Shown: one piece after another, positions 45,316 through 55,902 of the stretch
Layout of the letters: every line of letters begins with the position of its first letter
Numbering within the stretch: position 1 is the stretch's first letter
IMG/VR virus record: IMGVR_UViG_3300044641_000792
Coordinates: 1 to 58,442 of that record
From: a virus
Taxonomy: Duplodnaviria > Caudoviricetes
Direction: 5' to 3' (one strand)
Length of the DNA stretch: 58,442 nt
The notes under the pieces: generated by a model
Database searches by the model: none
Told to the model about the DNA's origin: nothing
The model's input: the letters and a program-made list of their open reading frames with translations, nothing else
Made by a program: the position numbers and the translations under genes

Positions 45316-47166
45316 TTATTGAATTGTGTAACCGCGAGCTTTTGCGGCCTCAATCACCTGTTGTTCTGTCTTACCACTAGAGGCGGCAGTAGTTTTTACA
45401 TCGGCCATGCTCATAGTCTTACCACCTGCAATAGACCCAATACCAGCCATCTGTGAAATCTTAGCATTAACGCCTTGTAATAGCACGGCATCTCTTTCCC
45501 GTTGTTCTTTAGGTGTCGTTAGATCTTTAACGCTATCACTATAAACTTTTTGCAAAGCTTTAAGTTCATTTAAGTCTTGACGCTCACCAACGCCGGTCTG
45601 AGCATTACGATAGGCTTGGAAGCCATCAAAGTATGACTTGCCTGGGTTCTTTTCCAAGTAACTACCAATGACCTTCTCAGCCATCCGTTGTTCAGCAGAC
45701 GGCATACCCGCAACACTGGCGCGAGCCTGACGATCTAGGTTAGACATTCTCTCGCGAGAGCCAATCTCTTTATCGCTAATGCGTTCAGCACTTTCAATGC
45801 GAGCAGTCTGACCTGCGGCTTGAACGGCCAAATCTCTATCCTTTTGTTGATACTCAAAGATCTTGACTTTACTGTCATAGACGCTCTTAGCATCGCCACG
45901 CTCTTCCGCACGGCGCAGGTTAGCAATCTCAAACTTAAGCTTGGCATTGTTATCTAAACGCTCTTGTTGAACCTTTTCATAGGCGGCTTGGCGCTCATCA
46001 GCTTCAGTAGCAGACTTGCCATAAGACCTGCCAAATCCAGCAAACACAGAACCAATTCCCTTTTGACCGCGAGAAGCCTCACCAGATTCAATTAAAGCCT
46101 GGAAGAAGTCACGCTTAGCACGGGAGGCTTCACGCTCCTTAAACTTCTCTTCATCTTTTTTGTTTCTGCCTTCTCTCTCGGCTACATAATTTAAATACTC
46201 TTCTCCAATAGGAGTTTGTTTTGGAGGAGCAAACTCGGTCAGAGGTGTAGGTCTAGTAGACGCACTCATCTCACTATTAAGCAACTGCATAGCGGCACTT
46301 ACTGGCGCAGGTGCGGATGGGGCGGCAGGGGCGGAGATAGCTTGGGGCATTTCAGGGCGTGGCGCACTGGGTGCGGGAGCCGGTGGAGGAGCAATACTGC
46401 CAATACCTGCGTTCTGACGAAGCAATCTAGCTGTCTCCGCCGCGCTTTGATTGCTAGGATTCACGACGGGTTGAGGGAGAGCTTGCTGGACATTTACAGG
46501 GGCGGGAGCATTTAAGCCCATCTGCGCCTTCAGTGCGCCCACATCACCTCTGTTAAAGGCGGCTTTATCAACGCCAGCCTGAGCCATCTCTCGCTCATAC
46601 TGTTGTCTAGCAACTTGAAAAGCGGCTTGAGCGGCGGCATCCGCCTGTTGTGCGGCGGCGTAGCCTTCGGGATCCCGTCTTCTTTCTAGTGTGCCGTACT
46701 GACGTAACTTTTGTTTGGCGGCTTCAGCATTGCGAGCGGCTTCATCAATCACCAAATCACCCTCGGCAAAGGCAATAATGCCACCAGAGGCAAAGTTCAT
46801 ATTACTAGCTGGCAAACGAGTAATGCCACCAGCGGCCATAGCCATTTCTTCTTCAGGCTGTTCAGTAGGCTCAGGCGTATTCTCTGGAATCGTAGGAGCT
46901 TGAGCACCCTGCATGGCAGACTGCTGAGCCATCTGGCCTTGACGTAATTTCTGCAAGCTCAACAAACCAACTTGCTGTTCAATGTTTTCTTTAACCGTGC
47001 CTTGGGGTGCCTTGGCAGACTTTTGCTCCATCTGTTTGCGGCGGTTTAGCTCACCTAAAGCTAGATACGGGGGAACCTGTGGGTTCTCACCATTTGCATA
47101 GCCCATGACGGCCTGCATTGGAAGATCTTTTAAGCGATCTTGGATCTGTATTAAATTCATTTTCAA
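45316..47166 (-). CDS. Internal virion/ejection protein
   Basis: Ala/Gln-rich and helical; MAAGGI and FASGGIIAF motifs. Confidence 0.6.
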   Translation of the reverse strand: MKMNLIQIQDRLKDLPMQAVMGYANGENPQVPPYLALGELNRRKQMEQKSAKAPQGTVKENIEQQVGLLSLQKLRQGQMAQQSAMQGAQAPTIPENTPEPTEQPEEEMAMAAGGITRLPASNMNFASGGIIAFAEGDLVIDEAARNAEAAKQKLRQYGTLERRRDPEGYAAAQQADAAAQAAFQVARQQYEREMAQAGVDKAAFNRGDVGALKAQMGLNAPAPVNVQQALPQPVVNPSNQSAAETARLLRQNAGIGSIAPPPAPAPSAPRPEMPQAISAPAAPSAPAPVSAAMQLLNSEMSASTRPTPLTEFAPPKQTPIGEEYLNYVAEREGRNKKDEEKFKEREASRAKRDFFQALIESGEASRGQKGIGSVFAGFGRSYGKSATEADERQAAYEKVQQERLDNNAKLKFEIANLRRAEERGDAKSVYDSKVKIFEYQQKDRDLAVQAAGQTARIESAERISDKEIGSRERMSNLDRQARASVAGMPSAEQRMAEKVIGSYLEKNPGKSYFDGFQAYRNAQTGVGERQDLNELKALQKVYSDSVKDLTTPKEQRERDAVLLQGVNAKISQMAGIGSIAGGKTMSMADVKTTAASSGKTEQQVIEAAKARGYTIQ

Positions 47167-47176
47167 TCCTTACGCA

Positions 47177-48067
47177 TTAAAACTTTAAGCCAAGATTCTT
47201 TAAACCTTCTACCAAATTACCCATGCCGCCAACTGTAGAAGTTAAGCTACCCAATCCGCTCATCTGAGCTGGCTGGTTGCTGACCGTAGAAATAGGCAAG
47301 CCCTGAAGCATTGACTGCTGAAACTGAAGCATATTTTTTGGGTAGTCACGTTGAGCTAAGAACTCATTGTAATCTGCGCTAATGCCTTGTTGTTCAATGC
47401 CACGTTGTGTTCCGCCTTGCTCTGCAATCAACTCAGCCAAAGTCTTGGCTTGACCTTGCTCAACATTAAACTGACCCATGGCTTTGTCAAACGCATTTGC
47501 GTACCCTTGACCAATAGTTTTGTTCTGCTCTTGGAGCAAATTACGGTTGGCTTCAGATTCCATAATGGCTTGACGGCCACCGCCATAGCCACCAGCTTGA
47601 GTAAGCTTAGCCATGCTAGGTTGTAAGTTCATCTGAGACTGACGACGTAGTTCATCCATCTGCGGAGTCAATACGTTTTGCAAGTACGGGTTCATGTACT
47701 GAGCGGCAATACCTGTGGGCGCAGTAGGCTGACCGCCCATAGGAGCGCCCATAGGAGCGCCAGCACCCATGCCTATTGGAGCAGGAGCAAATGGGTTAGC
47801 CCCCATAGAAGGTGGTTGATATGCACCTGTAGAGCTAAACGTTTGACCAAGTTGACTTGGGAATGACAAGTTACCCAGACCTTGGAATACCTTAGACTGA
47901 AGGCCGGATTCGGCGGCAGTCTGTGGGCCGCCATAGACCTGATAAGGTTGCTCGGAAAGCGCTTCGGCTTTACCAAGCATACTGGTTACATACGGGCCTG
48001 CATACTCAGACAGTGTTTGCTGAGAAGAACCTATGGTAGAGGGCGATGATGGTGCTGGTGCGGCCAT
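47177..48067 (-). CDS. DNA transfer/ejection protein
   Basis: YMNPYLQNV...AGGYGGGRQAIMESE pattern typical of podophage pilot proteins. Confidence 0.6.
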   Translation of the reverse strand: MAAPAPSSPSTIGSSQQTLSEYAGPYVTSMLGKAEALSEQPYQVYGGPQTAAESGLQSKVFQGLGNLSFPSQLGQTFSSTGAYQPPSMGANPFAPAPIGMGAGAPMGAPMGGQPTAPTGIAAQYMNPYLQNVLTPQMDELRRQSQMNLQPSMAKLTQAGGYGGGRQAIMESEANRNLLQEQNKTIGQGYANAFDKAMGQFNVEQGQAKTLAELIAEQGGTQRGIEQQGISADYNEFLAQRDYPKNMLQFQQSMLQGLPISTVSNQPAQMSGLGSLTSTVGGMGNLVEGLKNLGLKF

Positions 48068-48076
48068 GATAATTCC

Positions 48077-48988
48077 TTATGCGGGTAAATGTTTGTCGGC
48101 TTTACTGTTAGCCGCAATATTCTTCATACTCTTTCTGCGAGCCTTCTTGATGCGATCCATCATGGCGTAGAGCTTTCTTGCTCCTGCCTCTGTCGATCCA
48201 TTACCCAGTTCAGAAACAATGCGAGCAGGGATAACAAACTCACCATCAGCAAGACGGGCGGGTTGCTTATCACCAATGGTTGCAGGGATGTCATCAGAGA
48301 CACCATCACCAGGGCCACGGAGTAGTTGTCCACCATCTGAGTATCCTCCTAAGCTAGCTATGCCACCTCCAGCATATCTTTCTGGTTCAACCACGGCAGG
48401 CGCGGCGGGAGCTGGAGTGACTGGTGCGGCTGGCGCGGCGGCGGCCTGTGGCGTGTAAACCATAGGAGAGAAGTACGTCACACCACCAGAACCAGGACGG
48501 CGGGCAATGCCAGCATTTGGGCCCATCGCGGCTTGATAGCGGGACTGAATATCTGCCAAAGGCATTTTAGTTACATCTGAAATTTGCTGTGGAGATACAC
48601 CATACTCATTCATGGAACGGGCAATCATGGCATCACTTAAACCAGGCCGCTTTAGGTAATCCAGTACTGCTTCATTTGGAGGTGCGGGGCCACGATTTAC
48701 AGTGCTAACCGGAGGTGCGTACTGTGTACGTGAGGCTGTGTACTTAGGAATACCACCACGGTATCCAGCAAAACCACCGCCACTTCCACCGCCAATACTG
48801 TTAATTAAAGCACCAATACCACCAAGGCTGGCTAGTTGCGCCGCAGTTCCTGACCCTCCAGACAATATTCCCTTAAGCGAATTAAGCAAGTCGGGGGTGA
48901 TGCCGGAAGAAGTGTAAGCATCTGGCATTACATAGTTGTCAGAGGTATTGCCCGCTGGTTCTAACGCCAATAAATCTTCTAAGTCCAT
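48077..48988 (-). CDS. Virion protein with GPGDGVSDDIPA...LADGEFVIP domain
   Basis: Domain resembles the xAxGG...GEFV region of tape-measure C-termini. Confidence 0.65.
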   Translation of the reverse strand: MDLEDLLALEPAGNTSDNYVMPDAYTSSGITPDLLNSLKGILSGGSGTAAQLASLGGIGALINSIGGGSGGGFAGYRGGIPKYTASRTQYAPPVSTVNRGPAPPNEAVLDYLKRPGLSDAMIARSMNEYGVSPQQISDVTKMPLADIQSRYQAAMGPNAGIARRPGSGGVTYFSPMVYTPQAAAAPAAPVTPAPAAPAVVEPERYAGGGIASLGGYSDGGQLLRGPGDGVSDDIPATIGDKQPARLADGEFVIPARIVSELGNGSTEAGARKLYAMMDRIKKARRKSMKNIAANSKADKHLPA

Positions 48989-48989
48989 A

Positions 48990-51900
48990 TTAGCCTCTTG
49001 ATTGAATAATTTGCATTAAGTCTTCTTGCGTCATGTCATTGCCGCTTGAAGAAAATATTTGTTGCAACAACGCAGATATGTCATTTTCGCTTTCTTTTGG
49101 CGCTTGTGCAACAGAAATAGGTTGAGGAGCTGGTTCCGCTCCTGGCCTAGTAACACTTAGCTCCTGATATGGAGTAATCATCAACTCTCCAGTTGGAGAA
49201 AGTTGTTGCTTCTGCCCGCCAAAGTCTTTGCCGTAATAGAACACATTAGCCAAAGGAGCCACCTCAGAAATCAACCCGCCCGTAGTTGGCATCTGAGTTG
49301 GTGTTGTTGGTGTTTTCTTGGTTGGCGTTTTAGTAACGGGTGTAGTTGGTGTTACTGGTGTAGTTGTAATTGGCGTAGTAGGCGTAATTGGTGTGACTGG
49401 TGTAGTCGGAATTATAGGAGTTACAGGTGTAATTGGAGTGGTTGGCGTAGTAGGAGTAATTGGGGTTGTAGGTATTGTTGGCGTAGTTGGTGTTGTAGGC
49501 GTTGTAGGCGTAGTCGGCGTTGTAGGTGTAGTCGGTGTAGTGGGCGCAGTAGGAGTAGTAGGGGTGGTAGGAGTAGTGGGGATGGTCGTAGGCGTAGTAG
49601 GTGTAGTAGGGGTTGTAGGAGTTGTAGGCGTAACTGGCGTAGTTGGTGTAATAGGCCGAGTAGGTGTAGTTGGGATCGTAGGCGTTGTGGCTACAGTTAA
49701 ATTTGGTGGAGTTGTAGTTTTGGGCGTAACTGTAGGCAATGTAGTAACAGTTGGAGTTGGACTAACTGTAGGCGTAGTTGTTTTAGATAAATCGATAGTA
49801 GGCTGGAGTGCGCCAGCAGGTACAGCCTCAAGAATACTATTTGGATCAAAAGATATTGTTAAATCTGGGTTCAATATGTAATCACCAAGATCAATACCGC
49901 CCTTATCGGTAGTTCTTAATCCAATGCTTGCAATCTGGTTTAAATCAAAACCATCCAAACCACCCATGTCATCTCCGGTGCGACCGCTACCTATCAAATC
50001 TAATAGCGCATCAATATTGGACGTAGTAGTTGTATTTGTAAATCCTCTATTTAATAATTCATTTAACGTTGCAGCGGTAGCCGCTGTATTAAATGTTGTT
50101 GATGCACCAGTTCTTCCTTCATTGCTATATGAAGGAGTGTATTCAACACCAGTTATCTTGGTATATTCTTCATTTAAGTTTTTATCATTTGGATTTTTAG
50201 CTAACTCCGTTTCTAAATCTCTTACATAAAGATCTTTAGGATAAACACCAGTTGGATAAATATTAGAATATTCATCATAACCACCACCTCTAATAATAGT
50301 ATTTATATTAGGTTTGTTTGTAGTGGTAGCTGGATTTACTTCTTTGGCTGTAGTATTAATTGTTGTAACAGGTTTAGCCTGAGTATCGCCAGCACCCGGC
50401 ACATTAGCTAAACGAGCATTAATTTCATCAAGATTTGAAACGCCATAATATCTATTGACCATATCAAGATATGCGGCTGGATTAGACTTATAAAAAGCTC
50501 TTTCAAATTGAGATTGGTTAATTGCGGTAGGAGATTTGGTGTATGGATCAGTGTAGACAAGATTGCCGCCACGATCACGAGATACAGGAACCTCTATATA
50601 TTTCAATGTATTGGGATCCATAACGCTAATGCGTGTAGGCATACCACTGGAATCAACAGATATTGATCCTGCTGACAATGGCTTATTAAGGCCACCAGGC
50701 CCTGCTACTAAGTTATCATCAAACTCAACATCACTTATATCTGACCCAGTAGAAAGTGGTATATCTGTCGGTAAAGTACTTCCAGTTAAACTTGCAAGTA
50801 AACTATTAACATCATTAAATGTATTATCAGAACCAGTGATATTTGTAACATCAGATAACGTAGTTGAGCCTGGAGTATTAACTAAACCAGAGTTTTGCAA
50901 CTGAGTTACAACATTGTTATTTCTAGCTTTAGTATCAGCTATTGCATTATTTGCAGCGGCAATAGCACTGTTAATAACAATCTGATCTAAAGGTTTGCCA
51001 GAGACTACACCCGTTACGGCATTAGTAACTATTTTCTTTTGATTGGGGGTTAAGTCTCCAAACCCTTCAATGTTACCCAAGAGAGAATTAACCGCGCCGT
51101 TAACGCCACCGGTAGCCGCGCCTCTAAGCATGGCCCCGCCAATATCATCGCCCGAAAGAAGAGCGGTACCGCCTGCAACTGCCGCGTTTTGGAAAGAATT
51201 AGTTAGGGTTTTTGTAAGGTCGGTTGATAAGCCAAGGTCTTTAATAAAGGAAGCGCCATCCTTCATAAAGTCCATGCCAGGAATTTGTGCACCGGCAAAA
51301 CTAATTGCCGCGCCTTTAATTGCATCACCAATATCATTACCGCTCAAAACACTGATAGCCATGTTAGCCGCAATTTGTTGCGGTATAGACAAACCACCCG
51401 TTGCAATTGCAAGACCAATTTGTCCTATTGGCCCCAGATCCTGCATCAAGATTGCAAGGTCATTAGATGTTGCTTGTGTCGTATAGAAAATAGGAGAGCC
51501 ATCTGCACCAAACTGCACTCGGTAGCCGGTGTTACCCTTACCCTCAAACGTACCGCCAAAAGCATTGCCTGTCTGACGTTCTCCGTATGTACTAGCAACT
51601 TCTTGCCCAGTTAGCTTATTACCAAATACTTCTTGCTTGCCTACGGGGGCAACATAGACAGTTTGGTCACTTCCGCTTTCACCGCCATAAACAGTTTCAG
51701 TTTTAACCAACTTAGGGTCAACTGGCTTGCCATCTTGGTCTACGTAACCAACAATCTTTTGAGTGTAGATGGGGCCATTTTCATCATATCCTACGATATC
51801 ACCAGACTCAAAAATAGGTTGCACGGCAGCATCAACAGTTTTAGTTACCTTACCAAACTGGTTAATGTCAGTAACACCTGTCTCGGCAATAATCTTAGCC

Positions 51901-52598
51901 ATATCCTCTGCGTTCTTTTGAGCAGAGCCTTTTCCCTCACCCTTCCACTTATCAGTAGTTCCTTGTGAAAGAATCTGTGCAGTCAAATATTGCGTAGCCG
52001 CTTTTGTAGAGCCTTTTAGCGCTTCAGACATCTGGTCGCTACTTACATTAGCCTCTTGCATTGTCTTAGCAATTAATGCGGCATCAGCATTAGGATTGGC
52101 ATTAAACCAACCCAAGATGTCTGCACTTGTTACTTTATTAGCGGGTGCTGGAGTAGCCACTGGCGCGGCTGGCAATGAAGCAATACCCGTGGGCGCGGCG
52201 GCTACCGGAGGTGGCGTGTAAACAGGCTCCGGCGGAGGTGGCGGCGGTGGAGGAGGGGGTGGAGGTGGCGCAACTTCAGCCGCACTTGGTGAAGAAGCCG
52301 CACGGCCTTCATTAACTCCGTAATTGGTGTAATGGAAATCAGCAAACTCCTGTGGAGTCATGCCGTAGCTATTGTCCTGATATGCGTTGGCTACATCTGG
52401 GTTAGCGTTAAAGTATGTAGGTTCTGGAGCAAGCGCGGCTTCATACCTAGCTGTAACATCAGCAACGTTAGTGCCTGTTGCTGCCGCCATTTGCGAAGGC
52501 GAAACTCCCGCCTCTTGCATTGTCTGGGCAATCAGTTCGTCACTGGCTCCGGGATTAGCGTTTAACCAGCCTAGAATATCTGCGTTAGTTACTGCCAT
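48990..52598 (-). CDS. Large virion protein with poly-Pro and (PT/TTP)n linkers
   Basis: 1202 aa; two DILGW.NANP repeats; ~150-aa Pro/Thr repeat. Confidence 0.7.
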   Translation of the reverse strand: MAVTNADILGWLNANPGASDELIAQTMQEAGVSPSQMAAATGTNVADVTARYEAALAPEPTYFNANPDVANAYQDNSYGMTPQEFADFHYTNYGVNEGRAASSPSAAEVAPPPPPPPPPPPPPEPVYTPPPVAAAPTGIASLPAAPVATPAPANKVTSADILGWFNANPNADAALIAKTMQEANVSSDQMSEALKGSTKAATQYLTAQILSQGTTDKWKGEGKGSAQKNAEDMAKIIAETGVTDINQFGKVTKTVDAAVQPIFESGDIVGYDENGPIYTQKIVGYVDQDGKPVDPKLVKTETVYGGESGSDQTVYVAPVGKQEVFGNKLTGQEVASTYGERQTGNAFGGTFEGKGNTGYRVQFGADGSPIFYTTQATSNDLAILMQDLGPIGQIGLAIATGGLSIPQQIAANMAISVLSGNDIGDAIKGAAISFAGAQIPGMDFMKDGASFIKDLGLSTDLTKTLTNSFQNAAVAGGTALLSGDDIGGAMLRGAATGGVNGAVNSLLGNIEGFGDLTPNQKKIVTNAVTGVVSGKPLDQIVINSAIAAANNAIADTKARNNNVVTQLQNSGLVNTPGSTTLSDVTNITGSDNTFNDVNSLLASLTGSTLPTDIPLSTGSDISDVEFDDNLVAGPGGLNKPLSAGSISVDSSGMPTRISVMDPNTLKYIEVPVSRDRGGNLVYTDPYTKSPTAINQSQFERAFYKSNPAAYLDMVNRYYGVSNLDEINARLANVPGAGDTQAKPVTTINTTAKEVNPATTTNKPNINTIIRGGGYDEYSNIYPTGVYPKDLYVRDLETELAKNPNDKNLNEEYTKITGVEYTPSYSNEGRTGASTTFNTAATAATLNELLNRGFTNTTTTSNIDALLDLIGSGRTGDDMGGLDGFDLNQIASIGLRTTDKGGIDLGDYILNPDLTISFDPNSILEAVPAGALQPTIDLSKTTTPTVSPTPTVTTLPTVTPKTTTPPNLTVATTPTIPTTPTRPITPTTPVTPTTPTTPTTPTTPTTIPTTPTTPTTPTAPTTPTTPTTPTTPTTPTTPTTPTIPTTPITPTTPTTPITPVTPIIPTTPVTPITPTTPITTTPVTPTTPVTKTPTKKTPTTPTQMPTTGGLISEVAPLANVFYYGKDFGGQKQQLSPTGELMITPYQELSVTRPGAEPAPQPISVAQAPKESENDISALLQQIFSSSGNDMTQEDLMQIIQSRG
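49300..49790. repeat. Degenerate 9-bp tandem repeat encoding TTP/PT
   Basis: (GTAGGCGTT/GTAGTTGGT)n-like units inside the 1202-aa CDS. Confidence 0.8.
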
Positions 52599-52607
52599 TT
52601 CTAAACC

Positions 52608-53273
52608 TTAAGGTGGCGTTGGGCGGGGGCTAGGCAACCGCGCAACAAAGTTTACAGCCATTACCGCTGAAGCAACAGCAGGATATGGAGCAGATGCGGC
52701 AATAGCTTCCATCGTCACGTTTGTATCGTCTGCGCCCCAGTACATCTCAATGTATTCACCAGCAGCCAAGTCAATGTCAAATATCCAATTGACGTTCATG
52801 TGATTGTCTGAGCCTTCAACGGTGTACCTGTGACCCGAATAACCAATCGTTGTTGTACCACGCTTGATCCAAATCTGAACATCTTTGGCTGATGCGTTAG
52901 TGCTTTTTAACTGAGCCGACAACTGAAAGTTATATACACCGGAAACAGCCACCTCAATCTTAGAAGTGCTGGCGGTTTGGAGGGCCACAAAATTATTAAG
53001 GTACGTTTGGTTAAACGTGATGGGATAGCCTGTATCTACAGCCGCCAGCGTTTGGTCTGCGGTGTTAAAGAACAAACCATTTGGGAAATTGACGTTAGCG
53101 GGATCAATATCATCGGATGTCTTTAACTGATTTAAAATAGCATCAAGCCTGTTGAAATACAGGCGAAGCACGTTGTTTAGTTGATCTGCATACAGACGAT
53201 CATATTCAAACGGAGCCAGTGGCAAGTTAGGCGCGGCTACCTGATTAAGTTCAGATTCAGAAATAACAATCAT
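52608..53273 (-). CDS. Tail-associated protein (C1q/jelly-roll-like C-terminus)
   Basis: NNVLRLYFNRLD coiled segment; SGVYNFQLSAQL, GEYIEMYW. Confidence 0.55.
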   Translation of the reverse strand: MIVISESELNQVAAPNLPLAPFEYDRLYADQLNNVLRLYFNRLDAILNQLKTSDDIDPANVNFPNGLFFNTADQTLAAVDTGYPITFNQTYLNNFVALQTASTSKIEVAVSGVYNFQLSAQLKSTNASAKDVQIWIKRGTTTIGYSGHRYTVEGSDNHMNVNWIFDIDLAAGEYIEMYWGADDTNVTMEAIAASAPYPAVASAVMAVNFVARLPSPRPTPP

Positions 53274-55387
53274 GAGTTACCTCTTCTGCCATCTTGCTTG
53301 ATGTCAATACGTGGTGAACCCAACTGCCAAGCGCATCCTAGTTGAGTAGATTCAACTTGGATAATCATCTGACGGCCTCGCACCCTGACATACACCTGAC
53401 CTGTAAACTGCTCAATCACAGAGGTAGATGTGCGAGTTACTGTAGCGTCCGAGTTCCCACCCAAAGAAATAGGATTGTTATATCCTGAACCAGCGTTCTG
53501 CATGGGAATCAGTGTCATTGTGACTTGGGGTGAAGCCGCAGTAGAGCCTCGGAATGTAATGTCTGGGAGCATCCTCCAGACAAATCCAAAGTGATCGCCA
53601 TCGTCAATGTCAAACTCAGCAGAACCAATGACAGCATTGATAGCCACGGGTGTGCCTGTTTGGTTGTCGTCATTACCTTGCTCATGGTCAACAAGGTTAT
53701 ATGAGTATGTAGCGGCTATTGGGTGGTCGCGCAGTCCTGAGTCAAGCCACGCTGTACGGCCTAATGTTCCATAAGACCAGACATCTTCTGAGTAGTTATA
53801 GATGACATACAGGTCAATTGCAGTGCTATTGGCAGAACAATAGAACCACCAGACTTCATTAAAGCCTTCGTTAGTTCCAGCAAACACTTGGGATGCTTGT
53901 GCTAAGTTAATGTCTTGGAAAATATGACGGAGTAAATCGCAACGCATAGTCTGAGTACGACCATCGTATTTATAGAACTTCTCTACGCCCATCCAGTAGA
54001 TAACGCCAGATGCAACAACAGCCGCATTGGGGCCGATGATGGAGATGTTGTCTCCCAGAAGCTGGCTAGACCAAACAACAGGTGATCCTTGGTATTGAAG
54101 TGAATATATAGACGAGTCAGTCCAAACCACAATCTCTTGACGGGTCTGTACGCAAGTTACGATTTCAGAGCCGTGAGACAGTCGGATACTACCGGCTTGA
54201 TTTGTGGCTGATGGTGTCCAGTTTGTTACTGATTCTTGGTCAGACCAGCGAAGCAACATAGGGTCTTGAACCGTACTGCTGTAGTCGTTACAGCCAAACG
54301 CAAACACAAAGCGGCTTACATCAGCAACAAAAATAAAGTTCTGGACAGTCGGGCAGTCTGATGCTCCACCTAATTGGGTAATATCAATGCCTCTGGCGGA
54401 GATTGTTTGAGTCCCCGACTGAGAACCGCTGGTGTTAATAGCCGCACCGCCAAAAGTAGCCGATAGATTACAAGTTGTGCCTGTAGTACCAACCACGTAG
54501 TAGACCGTGCCTACAGACAGACCAGTTGGCAAAGCGCCTGTTGTGTTTAGCACGACCGCAGTGCCGTTCCTTAAAGCTACAGTTAACACAGCAGGAGTAG
54601 CAATAGTTACTGTAAACACCAGAGGCGTAACACCAATCTGAGCAGACCAGTAGTAAATACCACCACCTCTTGGGGCGTAGATTAGATCTTCACCAAAGTT
54701 ATTCTGGCTCCACAACTGGATAGCATTAACTGTTGTGACTCCAACGCCCCATGTTCCAGCACCCCAAGCACCACCGCCCCAGCCCGTCAAAGCCACCGCA
54801 TACGCAGGGCCAGTATGAATTTCATAAGCCGCTATGACACCACTCCCGCCTCCGGGAGAAGCCGAAATAGCCGTAGCATTTGGTGTTACAGATATAACGA
54901 TGGTGTACGTGTTTGCGTCAATAACCGTAACTTGGAAGTTTCGGTTTAAGACAGACGCAGTAACGTTAGTGCCGCCACCGCCAATATCTGTAGCCCCGCT
55001 AAAGGTTACAAAGTCACCCGTGTAGCATCCATGAGCCGTGTCAGTCACGGTAACTGTTGTAGAGGCAGTCAGTGCAAACGGGTTGTTATTGATCGTTACT
55101 GTAGTTCGGATAGGCGTGATGTCGTTGTATGCCCCACCAGACTCAATGTAAAACTTTAAGTTAGTGCCTACACCAATTAGATTTAACGATGTTAACGTGA
55201 CCCAGTTCCACAAAGAACGGCATACGCCTTGAAAAACAGACGAAGAAATACGAACCCAACCACCAATCTTCTCTGGCGTACCCTGACGAAACCGCATCTT
55301 GTCGGAAATAAACCAGCCGTTCTCGGATGTATATCGAGTATTTTCTTTGTTTACACCTGACTTAAGGGTTAGTTTTTTCAGCGGCAT
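53270..55387 (-). CDS. Tail nozzle/stabilisation protein (tubular B/P22 gp10-like)
   Basis: 705 aa, beta-rich; RWSDQE, YWMG..KFY.YDG, FNEVWWFY. Confidence 0.65.
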   Translation of the reverse strand: MPLKKLTLKSGVNKENTRYTSENGWFISDKMRFRQGTPEKIGGWVRISSSVFQGVCRSLWNWVTLTSLNLIGVGTNLKFYIESGGAYNDITPIRTTVTINNNPFALTASTTVTVTDTAHGCYTGDFVTFSGATDIGGGGTNVTASVLNRNFQVTVIDANTYTIVISVTPNATAISASPGGGSGVIAAYEIHTGPAYAVALTGWGGGAWGAGTWGVGVTTVNAIQLWSQNNFGEDLIYAPRGGGIYYWSAQIGVTPLVFTVTIATPAVLTVALRNGTAVVLNTTGALPTGLSVGTVYYVVGTTGTTCNLSATFGGAAINTSGSQSGTQTISARGIDITQLGGASDCPTVQNFIFVADVSRFVFAFGCNDYSSTVQDPMLLRWSDQESVTNWTPSATNQAGSIRLSHGSEIVTCVQTRQEIVVWTDSSIYSLQYQGSPVVWSSQLLGDNISIIGPNAAVVASGVIYWMGVEKFYKYDGRTQTMRCDLLRHIFQDINLAQASQVFAGTNEGFNEVWWFYCSANSTAIDLYVIYNYSEDVWSYGTLGRTAWLDSGLRDHPIAATYSYNLVDHEQGNDDNQTGTPVAINAVIGSAEFDIDDGDHFGFVWRMLPDITFRGSTAASPQVTMTLIPMQNAGSGYNNPISLGGNSDATVTRTSTSVIEQFTGQVYVRVRGRQMIIQVESTQLGCAWQLGSPRIDIKQDGRRGNS

Positions 55388-55395
55388 TGGCAGTC

Positions 55396-55902
55396 CTAGG
55401 ATAGAAACAGTGCTTTTTCAGCGTCCCTGCGCTTTTTTAGCCCTAGCAGTATTTTGCCACCAGCCATGCAATACAGCAAGAGCGCATCGGCTGCGCCCTC
55501 CCAATCACCCCTGTTAATTTTCATCCGAATAGAAGAACGCTGAAAAGCCCCCACTCCGGCGTTGAAGGCAAAGCTGACACACGCATCAAAAGCCCCTTGA
55601 CGACCAGATAAAGCGGGAGCAAGTCGTAGAACACCACGTTCAGTAGGGACGACATCATCTGTGAATAGTTTCTCGATCTCTTCTTTAGTCCAGACACGGT
55701 TGTCCTCCGGTTTCAGTGGCATTTCTTTGCGGATCATGGGCGTTTCTTTTCCCTCTACGCGCACCACTGGTAATCTAATTTGCTCTTGGTACAACACATG
55801 GCCGTAGCCAATTGTCCAAATATGGGCTGGGCAGAGGTACGGCTTAGTGCGATACCCCTCCCACTGGTGCATCAAATCAGCGCCAGCTTTGCCCAGTTTC
55901 AT
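55396..55902 (-). CDS. Endolysin, GH24 (T4/RrrD-like lysozyme)
   Basis: EGYRTKPYLCPAHIWTIGYGH, FDACVSFAFNAG, GLKKRRDAE. Confidence 0.88.
   Translation of the reverse strand: MKLGKAGADLMHQWEGYRTKPYLCPAHIWTIGYGHVLYQEQIRLPVVRVEGKETPMIRKEMPLKPEDNRVWTKEEIEKLFTDDVVPTERGVLRLAPALSGRQGAFDACVSFAFNAGVGAFQRSSIRMKINRGDWEGAADALLLYCMAGGKILLGLKKRRDAEKALFLS

Noticed and set aside
49203-49881. Plus-strand Val/Gly-rich and Arg/Cys-rich ORFs
   Set aside because: Antisense shadows of the Pro/Thr repeat in the 1202-aa gene.
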